A stretch of 64,000 nucleotides of DNA from an uncultured Verrucomicrobiae bacterium (GCA_963815455.1 CAWFGO010000005.1:224001-288000); one strand, 5' to 3'. Positions 41,961-55,279 are shown, numbered from the stretch's first letter. Notes: generated by a model not told the origin, from the letters alone. A program made the numbers and translations.

Positions 41961-43997
41961 CTACCAGATCGTCACTCGTTTATCCGGCGGACGAACCATT
42001 GCGCAATCGTCCGGCAGATCGAATGCCTTTTGGAATTCGGGCGTGTTCGAGAGTGGCCCGTTGCATCGATACTTGGTCGGCGAATGCGGATCGGTGACCA
42101 GTCGCATCTTGAGCGCTTCATCGCGAATATTGGCGCGCCAAACCTGGGCCCAGCCGAAGAAGAAGCGTTGCTCGGGGGTGAACCCGTCGATCTTTTCCTG
42201 CGGCTTGCCCGCGAGGGCTTTCTTTAACGCGGCGAAGGCGATTTTCACGCCGCCATCGTCGGCGATGTTTTCCCCCTGGGTCAGCTCGCCGTTGATGTGC
42301 ATCCCGGGAAGCGGCTCATACTCCGAGTATTGCTTCACGATCTTGGCGGCGCGTTCCTTGTATTTCTTGGCCGACTCGGGCGTCCACCAATCGCGTAGAT
42401 TTCCCTGGGCATCGAACTGCCGCCCCTGATCGTCGAAACCGTGAGTGATTTCGTGCGCGATTACGGCTCCGATTCCGCCGTAATTGATCGCGTCATCAGC
42501 ATTGGCGTTAAAGAACGGCGGCTGCAAAATGCCGGCTGGGAATACGATCTCGTTGAGGTTCGGATTGTAATAGGCGTTCACGGTCGGGGGCGTCATGCCC
42601 CATTCGGATCGATCAACCGGTTTCCCGATCTTCTTAAGCTCCCGCTCCACCTCGAACATCGCGGCCCGCATCGAGTTCAGCGCGTACGGTCCCTGGTCGA
42701 TCTTCAGCGCCGAGTAATCGCGCCATTTATCCGGATAACCAATTTTCACGTTGAAAGCCGCGAGTTTCTTCAGCGCTTCCTGCTTGGTCTTGTCGTCCAT
42801 CCAGGCGCAATTCTTAATCGCGTCGCCCATCGCTTCGCGCACGTTCTTCACCAGCTCGATCATCCGCGCCTTCGATGCCGGCGGGAAATATTCGGCTACA
42901 TAAAGCTGGCCGAGCGCTTCACCCAGCGCGTCATCCGTTGAAGCGACCACGCGTTTCCAGCGCGGTTTCAACTTCTCCGCGCCGGTCAGAATTTTCTGAT
43001 AGAAATTGAAATTTTCATCGACAAAATCCTGCGACAGATCCGTCGCCGCGGCATGAATGAGATGCCACCGGAAATAATCTTTCCAGTCGTCAATCGGGGT
43101 GCCGGAGAAAACTTTGTCGGCTGCTTTAAAAAAATCGGGCTGACCGACGTTAATGTCGCCCGGATTAGCCAGGTTCAGTTCCTTGAAATAATCGGCCCAT
43201 TTGAAATCGGGCGTCAGCTTTTGCAGCTGGGCCGGTGTCATCTTGTTGTAGTTCTTCTGCGGGTCGCGCCGTTCGACGCGGGTGCGGGATGCCTTGGCCA
43301 GCTCCGTTTCCATGGCCAGAATTTTTTTCGCCGCTTCGCCGGCCTTGTCCGCGGGCATGCCGCCCATCGTGAGCATCTTGGTCACATGTTCGACGTATTG
43401 ATCCCGGATCTTCTTCGAGGCTTCGTCGGTCTTGGTGTAGTAATCGCGATCGGGGAGGCCGAGGCCGCCTTGAAACGCCTGCGAAATCACCATCGTGCTG
43501 TTCTTGTCGTCCTGGCCGGAGGTGAATCCGAATAACGAAGTGATGCCGAGAGAATGAAGATGAGCGATCTCGTCCAGCACGCTCTGTCGATCTTTGATCG
43601 CCTCGATCCGTTTCATTTCGTCGGCTAGTGGCGTCGCTTTGGCCGCGTCGATGGCGGCTTCGTCCATGCCGCTGGCGTAATAGTTAGCGACCTTCTGTGT
43701 ATCGACCGGGACGTTTTCACCCGTGGCAGCCTTGGCCGCCTTCTCGGCCACTTCGTGCAACGCGTCGTTATTCTTTTCAATCAGTTCGTTGAAACTGCCC
43801 CAGCGCGACTGGTCCGGTGGGATTGGGTTGGCCTTTAGCCAGCCGCCATTGGCGTAGGTATAGAAATCGTCGGAAGGCTTAACCGACGTGTCGAAATTGC
43901 CGGGATCGAGCGGGGCCGGCTGTTTCGGCTCGCCTTGAGCCAGCAAATTGAAGCTGCAAACCAGAACGAAGATCGAGGATAGGATGGATTTAATCAT
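41961..43997 (-). CDS. M13 family metallopeptidase (PepO / neprilysin-like), exported
   Basis: DFYTYANGGW, VNAYY, HEITHGFD, ENIAD. Confidence 0.96.
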   Translation of the reverse strand: MIKSILSSIFVLVCSFNLLAQGEPKQPAPLDPGNFDTSVKPSDDFYTYANGGWLKANPIPPDQSRWGSFNELIEKNNDALHEVAEKAAKAATGENVPVDTQKVANYYASGMDEAAIDAAKATPLADEMKRIEAIKDRQSVLDEIAHLHSLGITSLFGFTSGQDDKNSTMVISQAFQGGLGLPDRDYYTKTDEASKKIRDQYVEHVTKMLTMGGMPADKAGEAAKKILAMETELAKASRTRVERRDPQKNYNKMTPAQLQKLTPDFKWADYFKELNLANPGDINVGQPDFFKAADKVFSGTPIDDWKDYFRWHLIHAAATDLSQDFVDENFNFYQKILTGAEKLKPRWKRVVASTDDALGEALGQLYVAEYFPPASKARMIELVKNVREAMGDAIKNCAWMDDKTKQEALKKLAAFNVKIGYPDKWRDYSALKIDQGPYALNSMRAAMFEVERELKKIGKPVDRSEWGMTPPTVNAYYNPNLNEIVFPAGILQPPFFNANADDAINYGGIGAVIAHEITHGFDDQGRQFDAQGNLRDWWTPESAKKYKERAAKIVKQYSEYEPLPGMHINGELTQGENIADDGGVKIAFAALKKALAGKPQEKIDGFTPEQRFFFGWAQVWRANIRDEALKMRLVTDPHSPTKYRCNGPLSNTPEFQKAFDLPDDCAMVRPPDKRVTIW

Positions 43998-44079
43998 ATG
44001 AGGTTGAAGAATCGGCGTTCGATCCGGAAACGAGACGAAACCAGCGAACGCCAGGCTGTGGGTTGAATACAATAACTAT

Positions 44080-44095
44080 TGCAAGGGTCGTGCCA
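44080..44095 (-). promoter_or_regulatory. Sigma-54 -24/-12 promoter
   Basis: Minus strand TGGCACGACCCTTGCA equals consensus TGGCACGNNNNTTGCW; about 80 nt upstream of the peptidase ATG. Confidence 0.8.
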
Positions 44096-44289
44096 TTGGC
44101 AATGTGTTCGCAAAATACGTTGGCCGGCAAGGTCTTATAAAGTCCGATGCGAATTACACGCGTCCGTGGCGACTCGATTCCGGGATTTTTCCGTCCCAAA
44201 ATCGCAACTCGTCCCGAGCCGGGCGGGCTGTTGTAGCTGCGGGCGACGACCGCGGCCTGTTGCATCCGGTCGATTACGCTGATCGCACT

Positions 44290-45162
44290 CTACAGCTGCT
44301 CGATCTTGTGACCGCGTTTCTGCAACAGCGCAATCACGCTGTTCGGCCCGCAGAAGTGCAACGCGCCCGCGACTACAAGAGTCGGTTGGCCCGACTTAAT
44401 CGCGGTTTCGATTTTCGGAATCCAGGCCGCGTTGCGTTTCTCGATCCAGTTCCAATACCCGGCAGGCTCGTTCTTTCGCGGCACATAAAGTTGATACATC
44501 CGCTGCGTGTCGCCCGCTTTCCACGCTTCAATCGTCTGAACCATGAGTCGCGGTGAACGCTCGCCATAGGCAATTGATTGGAGGAGAAACGATTCACTGT
44601 CGGCATCGGTCATTGCCGAGACCGCGCGAATCAGCTCGTCGGCCGATTCCAACCCGGCGAACCGGGCTCGGCCGCTGGCTTTTTGGTAAACGTAACGATC
44701 AACACTCAAGCGTGAGCTGAAGCCTCTTATGCCGGGAACCTCGAGCATGAAATACGCGATCGCCCACGGCTTCACGTTGTAGTAATCGCTCTCGCGCGTG
44801 TTGAGGTATTTCTTAATGTTGGCATAGGTTTCGGGTTTGACCTTCTGCTGAAGCCTCACACCATTGGGAAAATGGATCGCGTCACGCAGCTTCTTCGCTT
44901 TCTCGGAGTCGTCCGGTTCCACGTCTGCTTCCAAAAAGATGCGCGTTGATTCGCGGATCACCCGGTCGATCTGCGGCCCCAGCGGATAATCGGAGCCGCG
45001 CAGAGCATGCATCGACCCGAGCAAATAAAACGGCGCCGGGGCGTCCGTTACGCGCCAGAGACAATGCTTTCCGGTGGATGAACCTTGCGCGGCAGAGCGA
45101 CCGCTTGCCAGGGCGCAGACCGCGCCGATCGTGAGCCCGACCAAGAAAACGCGTTTTTGCAT
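44290..45162 (-). CDS. TraB/GumN family protein
   Basis: LWRV..YLLGSMH, GLES, RNAAW, VVAGALH. Confidence 0.9.
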   Translation of the reverse strand: MQKRVFLVGLTIGAVCALASGRSAAQGSSTGKHCLWRVTDAPAPFYLLGSMHALRGSDYPLGPQIDRVIRESTRIFLEADVEPDDSEKAKKLRDAIHFPNGVRLQQKVKPETYANIKKYLNTRESDYYNVKPWAIAYFMLEVPGIRGFSSRLSVDRYVYQKASGRARFAGLESADELIRAVSAMTDADSESFLLQSIAYGERSPRLMVQTIEAWKAGDTQRMYQLYVPRKNEPAGYWNWIEKRNAAWIPKIETAIKSGQPTLVVAGALHFCGPNSVIALLQKRGHKIEQL

Positions 45163-45246
45163 TCCTGCTAAGCAAAGACGAATCGCCCAATCAAGCAATG
45201 ACAAAAGATTGCCTGCGATCTGCGGAGCAATGGAACTAATTTCCAG

Positions 45247-46023
45247 TCACTTATCCCAACGCCAGCCGCCTGGTATAAACACGAAATTTCGATGCGTCGT
45301 GGAATCGACCGGCTGCCCGTTTCTGAACGCTGGAAGAAACGTCATCTGGCGCATGCTTGCCAAGGCACTTTCGCCGAAATGACCTCCCGGAGGGTGCTCG
45401 GACGCCACCCGAAGGTCTTTTACGTTGCCCGAGGCATCTACAGTAAGGAGGAGTTCCACAGTTGCGGGGCGGTCATCGCTCCATTGCGATCGGCCCGGAT
45501 AGGGGACGTAGTCGTAGTGATGTCCGGGTATGACGATGGACTGTGGGGAAATGAAATCACTTTCCCGCGCGATTTCAGATTTTTCCTGATTGGCGAATAT
45601 TCTGAGACGCGATTTTCCATTGATATTAGCAAAGACGACCGTGCCATACATTACAGCGTAGGTTTTTCGATGATTGTACACGGCCGGAATGAAGCGCGCC
45701 CGATCCAAACAACGAATGACTTCCTTTCGCAGTTCTTCCGAGTTTGGAGTACCGCCGTATGCGTGAAAGCCGGGGGACTGTCCGTTAGGCATAACATGAC
45801 AAAAAAACCAAACAGCCCCAGAGCCTTGGCCTTTTCGAATTAACGCCGCGCAATCAATAAGGTTGATCAATGCCTTGGGGCCCGATCCGATCAATGCAGG
45901 TCGCATCGCGGGCAAATCATTTCCCTTAATCGAGCCAGCCAGAAATCCGCCGGCAATTGGCAGCGAAACAAGAACGAATCCGCGTGCCCAGCCGGTTACA
46001 AAACGGGGAGTCGAGAAGCGCAT
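45247..46023 (-). CDS. TonB C-terminal domain protein (probably two domains)
   Basis: RFIPAVYN and TVDASGNVKD..FLPAFRNGQPV. Confidence 0.75.
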   Translation of the reverse strand: MRFSTPRFVTGWARGFVLVSLPIAGGFLAGSIKGNDLPAMRPALIGSGPKALINLIDCAALIRKGQGSGAVWFFCHVMPNGQSPGFHAYGGTPNSEELRKEVIRCLDRARFIPAVYNHRKTYAVMYGTVVFANINGKSRLRIFANQEKSEIARESDFISPQSIVIPGHHYDYVPYPGRSQWSDDRPATVELLLTVDASGNVKDLRVASEHPPGGHFGESALASMRQMTFLPAFRNGQPVDSTTHRNFVFIPGGWRWDK

Positions 46024-46149
46024 TGTTAGTTCGTTTTTTATCCCGGCTGCGTAACCGGTCAAGATCTAGATGTTCAATTAACCGTGAGCCGCTTGCGCAG
46101 TCGCGCCTCAGGTCTAGGTTGTGCAAACCACAACTGGAAAGGTACAGCT

Positions 46150-46587
46150 ATGAAAAAAACAATGACTTGTGTAATAGCCCTCCTGTTTGCGACCGCTGCG
46201 ATCTCTTTTGCCGCGCCGGATAAAAAGGAGATCATGGAAAAAGAAAACGCAGCCTGGCAGGCATTCAAAGATAAGAACGCCGAGGCCTTTAAGAAGGTGG
46301 TCGATAAGGATGTACGCGTTGTCTATGCTGACGGCGTGTCCGATATGGCGAAAGAAGTGGCCGAAATGCAAAAATGGGACGTCAAATCGTTTACGATCAG
46401 CGATTTCGACACCTTCTCCGACGAAAAGGATGTCGTGGTCGCAACCTACATGGTGAAGACCGAGGCGACTCACGAGGGCAAGGACATGTCTGGCACCTAT
46501 GTGGCCGGAACGGTCTGGAAACTGGAAAACGGCGCGTGGATGGCGATTTTCCACACCCACATGAAACAGGAACCTGCGGCGAAGTAG
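46150..46587 (+). CDS. Exported NTF2/SnoaL-like (DUF4440) protein
   Basis: EKENAAWQAF..TVWKLENGAWMAIFH. Confidence 0.8.
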   Translation: MKKTMTCVIALLFATAAISFAAPDKKEIMEKENAAWQAFKDKNAEAFKKVVDKDVRVVYADGVSDMAKEVAEMQKWDVKSFTISDFDTFSDEKDVVVATYMVKTEATHEGKDMSGTYVAGTVWKLENGAWMAIFHTHMKQEPAAK

Positions 46588-46832
46588 TAGCTAGGAGTTG
46601 GAAGATAGAAGTTGGTTGTAGCCGCCCTTCCTCTTCCTCTGAATCTGTAGCGGCGGTCTCTGACCGTCGGATCTCTGCTCGATGTTAAATTGAGCGGCGA
46701 AGCCGCAGTTATTCGGCATCGCCCGGCGGAGCGGCCGATCCACCTTCGTCACTCGCCTGCCACGCCGTAATCCGGTGAAGGCGGGCGAACCGTACTTTTT
46801 CCTTTTTACTTCCTAATTTTGACTTAGCTTTG

Positions 46833-49076
<2,244 letters not shown>

Positions 49077-49199
49077 TGCTGTAGCCGCCTCGCTGTGTCG
49101 AGGCGTCCCATTGTTTGGGGAGCACAGGCTGCCAGCCTGTTGGTTTTGGCGGCTCCTTGGCTCGCCGCAGCCTTGACGAAGGCGGCGCCGGAACAATCT

Positions 49200-49670
49200 T
49201 CATCTCAGATTATACAAATAGAGGAGCGCGGCCCAACCGCTCGGCATTACATTCGGCGGATATTCCAACTCTCGTCCATGTTTCACTGCCATTTCAAGAA
49301 AGTAGCGAGCGTGAAAAAACGCTTCGAGAATCGGTCGTGTGACGCCGAGCCAACTTTCATTGTCTGCCATCGCGAAAGTCTTGCCGGTTCCTTCCGCAAC
49401 GATCTCCACGAACCATTCGTTCAATTCTCTCTCCGGCGAGAGCGCCCGAAGTTTCTCAACGATTGCCAGGGTACTGTTTTGCAGCAGATAAACTTTGAAA
49501 CTTTGATGATAGAATCGGTAGATCGGGTCTTCGTATCCCCAGTGGCTCGTGCATTCTTCGAGACGTTTTTCTAATTCCGGCAGCGCTGACTTGAGCCTTT
49601 TGAAGAGGCTCACCACTTCGGGGCGGTCGTCCAAGTCGGTCGGATTCAGAGGGGGCAATTTGCTCATCAC
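49200..49670 (-). CDS. Hypothetical protein
   Basis: 156-aa ORF with protein-like composition (HWGYEDPIYRFYHQSFKVY..SGWAALLYLY). Confidence 0.7.
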   Translation of the reverse strand: MMSKLPPLNPTDLDDRPEVVSLFKRLKSALPELEKRLEECTSHWGYEDPIYRFYHQSFKVYLLQNSTLAIVEKLRALSPERELNEWFVEIVAEGTGKTFAMADNESWLGVTRPILEAFFHARYFLEMAVKHGRELEYPPNVMPSGWAALLYLYNLR

Positions 49671-49721
49671 GAGATTCTATTGGCGTTGGCCATTTTCGCG
49701 AATCGCGTTCAATTTCAATCG

Positions 49722-50314
49722 ATGCCGTCCCCCACAATTTACGTCATCGCCGGCTGCAACTCCGAAAGAGTTCGCGAGCACGCGGCGCGGGCAAAACCAC
49801 GTTCGCCAAAGAATTTCTACCGAGCATTGGCGTCATCCGTTTCTTGAACGCGGACGAGATCGCGCGCGGATTGTCTCCACTCAAACCGGACGCCGTCGCA
49901 TTCAAGCCCGGAAAACTTCTTCTAAGCGAGCTGGGCGAATTGTTAGATCGACAAGAAACATTCGCGCTTGAATCGACACTGAGCGGAAAAACGCACGTGA
50001 GAATCTTCGAACAAGCGAAGTAGCGTGGCTATCGGATCGAGCTGCATTTCGTTTGGATTCCCGATGTGCGCGAGGCGATTCGTCGTGTCCGCCAAAGAGT
50101 CATCGAAGGCGGCCACGATGTTCCAGCCGACGACATCCGGCGCCGATTCCGGCGAAGTATTCAACATCTGTTGGACGAATATGCACCGTTAGCGAACAAG
50201 TGGTTTCTCTGGGATAACTCGACGCCGCCGGCAAAGTTATTGGCGGAATCCGCCACTCACAGTATTGTTGATCTGCGAACCTTCTTTTCCTTCCATGAAA
50301 AAGAATCTGTATAA
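49722..50314 (+). pseudogene. Zeta-toxin-like / predicted ABC-type P-loop ATPase, disrupted
   Basis: IYVIAGCN[23-nt insert]GAGKTT, FLNADEIA, FALESTLSG, in-frame TAG at 50021, RVRQRVIEGGHDVP, WDNS. Confidence 0.85.
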
Positions 50315-50474
50315 CGGCTTAAAGCCAATTCCGGAGAGCAACATGTCGCCAGAAGCGCGCGTCGCATCACAAGCGCACAAGCGCGCCACAAAAAAGAAAC
50401 GCGCCGAGCTTCGTCGCCGCGGTTTGCCAATGATCATCTGGAAAGACGGCAAAGTTCGCGAAGTTCCGGCGTGA
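50295..50474 (+). CDS. Small basic partner protein of the ATPase (putative antitoxin)
   Basis: 59 aa, overlaps ATPase end, RRRGLPMIIWKDGKV. Confidence 0.65.
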   Translation: MKKNLYNGLKPIPESNMSPEARVASQAHKRATKKKRAELRRRGLPMIIWKDGKVREVPA

Positions 50475-50541
50475 AACGCTTTCCCGAATCGGGTTGGAGT
50501 TTACTCGCCGGGGCGAGCAATCTGGATTCGTCGCTTAAGTC

Positions 50542-51060
50542 ATGATCAAATTTCTCTTCGGCATTCTTATTGGGATCGCGCTTGTCCTGGCGGCTGGGTA
50601 TTTTTTCGTTGCTCGCGGTGGACTCTTCATGGGGACGAAAGGCGGCCCGTTGCCGATGGAACGATTTGTTGTGAGCAAGGCGATTGGCGCGTCGATCGGC
50701 AAGAGCGCGCAGGATGAATCGCCCCTTCCCGCGGACGAAACCAATCTTCTCGCCGGCGCTCATATTTACATGCAGAACTGCGCCGGTTGTCACGGCAAAC
50801 TGGATCAACCCGCTTCGCCAATGGCGAAAAAGTGGTACCCGCATGTCCCACAACTGCTTCCACCGGGCAAAGGCGTGACCGACGATCCCGTCGGCACGAC
50901 GCACTGGGTGGTGACGAACGGGATTCGGTTCAGCGCCATGCCGTCGTTTGAAGGAACACTAACCGATAACGAACTCTGGCAAGTGAGCCAGTTCCTAAAA
51001 AACGCTGACAAATTACCTCCGCCCGTCCAGGAAGCTCTTCGCCAGCCGCCCGGGCCGTAA
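50542..51060 (+). CDS. Membrane-anchored c-type cytochrome
   Basis: CAGCH, NGIRFSAMP. Confidence 0.9.
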   Translation: MIKFLFGILIGIALVLAAGYFFVARGGLFMGTKGGPLPMERFVVSKAIGASIGKSAQDESPLPADETNLLAGAHIYMQNCAGCHGKLDQPASPMAKKWYPHVPQLLPPGKGVTDDPVGTTHWVVTNGIRFSAMPSFEGTLTDNELWQVSQFLKNADKLPPPVQEALRQPPGP

Positions 51061-51304
51061 ACCTTCGCGCAATTCGTAAGATCTTTCAGCACAGAGATCA
51101 CATAGGCCACGGCGAGGGATGGTCTGATGTCGGCCGCAATCCCTTTCCGTCTTTCACCACAGAGATCACGGAGACCGCAGAGAGAAGGTGGAAACGCCTC
51201 CCGCTAAAAAATGTTCGTAAACCTGCCGGGTGACTTGCTAGACTCGCGGCGATGAGAGCGAATATCAATAACATGGATGCGACCCAATTCTGTCGCGCTT
51301 CATT

Positions 51305-52030
51305 ATGAAAAAGAGAGTTTTCACGAGGTTGATCATTGTTCTGGTTGTGGTCGCGGGGATCGACGTGCGAGGCGGCTTGCCGATCGAGGTTGAATACGGT
51401 AGAGGCCGTAACCGGGTCGCGATAAAACTTTGGAGTGACGCGGAAACGGCGTTGAACAATGGCGATGTCGCGACCGCGCATCGAAACGTGGACGCGGCTA
51501 TTCGGAGCGACCCGGGACTTTATCCGGCCTTTTACACTCGGGCGAAGGTGTTGATCAGGGAAGGCAAATACGAACAGGCCATTCGAGATTGTGGCGAAGC
51601 GCTGCGACAGGATCGCACCTTTGTCGAAGCGGCATTATTGCGTGCCAGCACGAATACCAGGCTCGGAAGGTACGATGCTGGTCTCAAGGAAATTAACCAC
51701 GTGATTAATATCCATCCTCGGGTCGACGGTCTGGCCCGGGGATATGAGGATCGGGCGTGGCTTCGCGCGACCTGTGCGAACCCGTCATTTCGAAATGGGC
51801 AGCAGGCGGTTAAGGACGCAATGACGGCGTGCAAGCTGATGCAGTGGAAGGACGAGAACGCCGTCGACACGCTCGCGGCGGCCTACGCCGAAGCCGGCGA
51901 TTTCGATTCCGCCATCCGCTACGAAGAGAAGGCGTTAGGCATGAAAGGCGTTCTTCCCGAGGACGCCAAGACGTTTCAGCAGCACCTCCAATTGTTCAAG
52001 AAGCATCAGCCCATTCGAATGTCCAGGTAG
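51305..52030 (+). CDS. Exported TPR protein
   Basis: TPR helices; AWLRATC..RNGQQAVKDA..DTLAAAYAEAGDF. Confidence 0.85.
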   Translation: MKKRVFTRLIIVLVVVAGIDVRGGLPIEVEYGRGRNRVAIKLWSDAETALNNGDVATAHRNVDAAIRSDPGLYPAFYTRAKVLIREGKYEQAIRDCGEALRQDRTFVEAALLRASTNTRLGRYDAGLKEINHVINIHPRVDGLARGYEDRAWLRATCANPSFRNGQQAVKDAMTACKLMQWKDENAVDTLAAAYAEAGDFDSAIRYEEKALGMKGVLPEDAKTFQQHLQLFKKHQPIRMSR

Positions 52031-52441
52031 GTTTGAATCAGGAACACAGGAAAGGAGGAAGGAATTCGTGACGAAGAGCGTCGAAGTTTACGCAATTGCC
52101 TAATGTCTAGGGCGCGCAGGCTGCCCGCCTGTAAAGCCGGTCCGGCTCGGACTTTCGGCTGCTAGCCCAAACGAACTTTAATTGGGATTGGACCCACGAA
52201 ACACACCAATCAACGCGAAATCATATTGGATTGGTGTAGAGGCGGCTGCCTGCCACGCCATGGCCCCGCTGAGCGGGGCGACGGCGGGTGTCAGCCGCAA
52301 TCCCCTGTTAGCACAATCGTCCTATCGAAAAGAGCTGTTATAAGATCGGCATCGTAACCAGACAGGATTCACAGGATTGCCAGGATTGAGAAATACCGAA
52401 CAGAGGGTCTGGTAGAAATCGGGCAAATCCTGTCTAGAAGA

Positions 52442-53276
52442 TTAATCAAGTCTCGCAGCCTCTTGGCAACGTTTCATCAACTGCGGCGCTTTCATTCGCT
52501 TCGCCCACTTCGCGAATGCCGACGTCGGACCGCGCCAGCGCAGCGTCTCGACTTTTTTAAAGAGCGGCGCGTCGGTGCGCAGGGTCGCGAGTTTCTTGAA
52601 GAGCAATGCGAATTCGCGCTGTTCGCCAAGAACTTTTCGCGGAAAGTTCTCGATCTTACCGTAGCGGTTCAAAAGTGTGGCGGCGGTCCTTGCGCCGATT
52701 CCAGCGATGCCGGGGTAACCGTCGGCCGCATCGCCCACGAGCGCGAGCAGGTCCGGAATGAGCTGCGGGCTGACGCCGAACTTTTCGCGTATCCCAGCCG
52801 CATCGCGAATCGTTTTTGCGCCGGCCGTCGATCTGCACGACGCGCGTACCTCGCACGCATTGCGCCAGATCTTTATCCGGCGTCCAGATCGCGACTTTCT
52901 TTACCTTCTTGTCCTTCGACGCGAGATGCGCGGCCGAAGCGAGCGCATCATCGGCTTCGAGCTCGATCATCGGCCAGACGACAACGCCCATCGCCGCGAG
53001 CGCTTCCTCAAGCGGATGGAATTGCGAGAAAAGCGCGGGCTCGATGCCGTCGCCAGTCTTGTAGTCCGCCCAAAGCCGATTGCGAAAAGACTCGATCACG
53101 TGATCGGTGGCGACGCCGAGATAGGTGTCGCCGTTTTCGTTTTCAACTATTTCGAGAACGCTCTGGAGCACGCCGACGACCGCGCCGTATGGGCGGTCCT
53201 TGCCCTTAGTGAAGCGGCGCAAGCCGTAGAAGTGACGGAAGAGTTCGTAAGTTCCGTCGATTAGATGAACGATCAT
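52442..53276 (-). CDS. 5'-3' exonuclease / flap endonuclease (frameshift near 52815)
   Basis: LIDGTYELFR, EADDALA, PDKDLAQ, LVGDAADGYPGIAGIG. Confidence 0.9.
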
Positions 53277-53607
53277 CCGCACAGTAAGGGGATGAAATCA
53301 CCAAATTCCAATCACCAAGCACCAGTGAATGTCCAATAACCAATCTCCAATGAAACCGCATGTCCGCCGCAGGACAATGGAGCGAGTTGGGTAGTCGCGA
53401 CATGGATCATGTAACCCGAGGGGCGAGGGTGAGAAAGCGGGCGGCGAACGAATCAAACTCGCCGTGGTGAAAGGCGAAGCCTTTTACGCGGATCATTTTG
53501 ACTCACCGTTAGTCCTCGTGGCTGCGCGATCAAAAACCGCCGACAGGGTTAAATGATTTGACCCCAATTTCACCCCACTGAAGTTTACGCGAAAGTGTAG
53601 ATTTACA

Positions 53608-54444
53608 ATGAAAGGCTGGTCACACCCCAATCCTGAAGCCGCGGCGCCGGGTGAAATCGTCGGCATTTACCCGTTCACACTCTCGCTCGAGGAGAGCGAG
53701 TTGCTCGGCAACCAACTGTTTGCGGCAGATCAGGACTTTCTTATTTCGCACTACATGAAGGAAAAGTTCCTTCTGCAACTGCTCGAGTTCTCCGCCTTAT
53801 CAACGAAGCGCCTCGACCTGTACGACGATGATCCTTTGGAGGGATTGTATCCAGAAGCCAACAGGCACAATTTCGCTCAGGCCGATGCACAGTTGATGCA
53901 GCAGACGAACGCGAAGCGAGACGTTCAGGCATTTTTGCAGTCACAGGCAATTCATCGAACGCATTGTTATGCTCATTGCTGGTTTGGGATCCCCGAGGAG
54001 AGCGCAGACATGTGGGAAAGATACTCCGACAAAGGCACCGGAGTCTGCCTTGTCAGCTCGACGCATCGTTTGCTTCGTGCCGTCGTCACGGAGTCGAGCG
54101 TTGCGCATGAACTCGGAAGAGTGACCTATTGGCCAGATAACAAGCCTCTCCCGGACCTGCACAGCTCCACGGTAATGTTTCGCAAGCAGCCGAGGTTTTC
54201 GAAAGAGAACGAGGTGAGGTTACTGAGCCAAATCAGAATGGATTACCTCCCGACTGATGCTGAAGGTTTCCTTTCGCCCTGTCCTGAACGGCTGACCGTG
54301 CAAGTAAATCTAAATACGTTGGTCGCTGGCATCATTCTAGGGCCAAGCATGACGATTGAAAGCCGCCAAAAAGTAGTCGAACTTGCGCAAGCGAAGGTTC
54401 CGCACGCAAGAATCGTTCGCTCTCGACTCGAAGTGCAACCGTAG
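53608..54444 (+). CDS. DUF2971-like protein
   Basis: DPLEG, CW..ESADMWERY..GVCL, KQPRFSKENEVR, IILGP. Confidence 0.65.
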   Translation: MKGWSHPNPEAAAPGEIVGIYPFTLSLEESELLGNQLFAADQDFLISHYMKEKFLLQLLEFSALSTKRLDLYDDDPLEGLYPEANRHNFAQADAQLMQQTNAKRDVQAFLQSQAIHRTHCYAHCWFGIPEESADMWERYSDKGTGVCLVSSTHRLLRAVVTESSVAHELGRVTYWPDNKPLPDLHSSTVMFRKQPRFSKENEVRLLSQIRMDYLPTDAEGFLSPCPERLTVQVNLNTLVAGIILGPSMTIESRQKVVELAQAKVPHARIVRSRLEVQP

Positions 54445-54472
54445 AAGCGACACCCGTTAGAAAAGTTTCGAA

Positions 54473-55044
54473 ATGATCCTTCCGGCCTGGCAACTCATCG
54501 TCACACGTGACGGCATCACGCTTGCAATCGCCATTTTGGGCGTAGTGCTCGGGATCGCGAATCTTTCGATCGATGTATGGAGACATCAACCACGGCTCAA
54601 AGTCACCCCGCAATTGTATTTCGTCGACCAAACTCACCCCAGCGATCCATCCTAATAGACCGGCCGCACGAAGATTTCATGCGATCCCGCGGGGCGACGA
54701 CTGACAAAATGAAAGTAGCCATTGAGGTAATAAACCTCTCTCATACAAACACGATGACTTTGAATCACGTTGGATTTGCGAGGCGATTTGCAGAGTCGCG
54801 TTTTTTGATATGGGACCCCGCGACGATTTTGGCAATCGTGCCTAGCGGCGGTTCCATTTCAGGACGGAAAATCGAGCCGTTGACTAGGGTTATCGTTTAC
54901 ACCCATTTCACCGCGCGCATGATCTTCGACAACTATGGCTCGTTTTCCTTTGCGATTGCAGAAACAGAGTCTGGAAAAGTGTTTCGAGGTTCGAGTCCCA
55001 TCCTAAAACATATCCGTAAATCACTTCGCCGAAGTTCAATTTAA
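54473..55044 (+). CDS. Hypothetical protein with N-terminal TM (frameshift near 54620-54650)
   Basis: ITLAIAILGVVLGIANL..PRLKV continues into the frame with IEVINLS..VGF. Confidence 0.5.
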
Positions 55045-55279
55045 CTATGGCGACCCAGCCGATCAGGTTGTTCGAAACGAACAGGCTCATAAAGGCCAGG
55101 CTCATCAGGGTGGCGTTTGGTTTGGCGGGCGTGGTGCGCGAAACCAGGGCGAAAGGATTGAAGCGGGGCAGACCAAGCATTTGACATTCCGCCAGGTCCT
55201 TGAGGTTAATTCGCTGAAAACTTCCAGGAAGAACTATTTCGGCGATGGCTGGCGTGACGGTGAAGGCAGCTCCTCTCTT

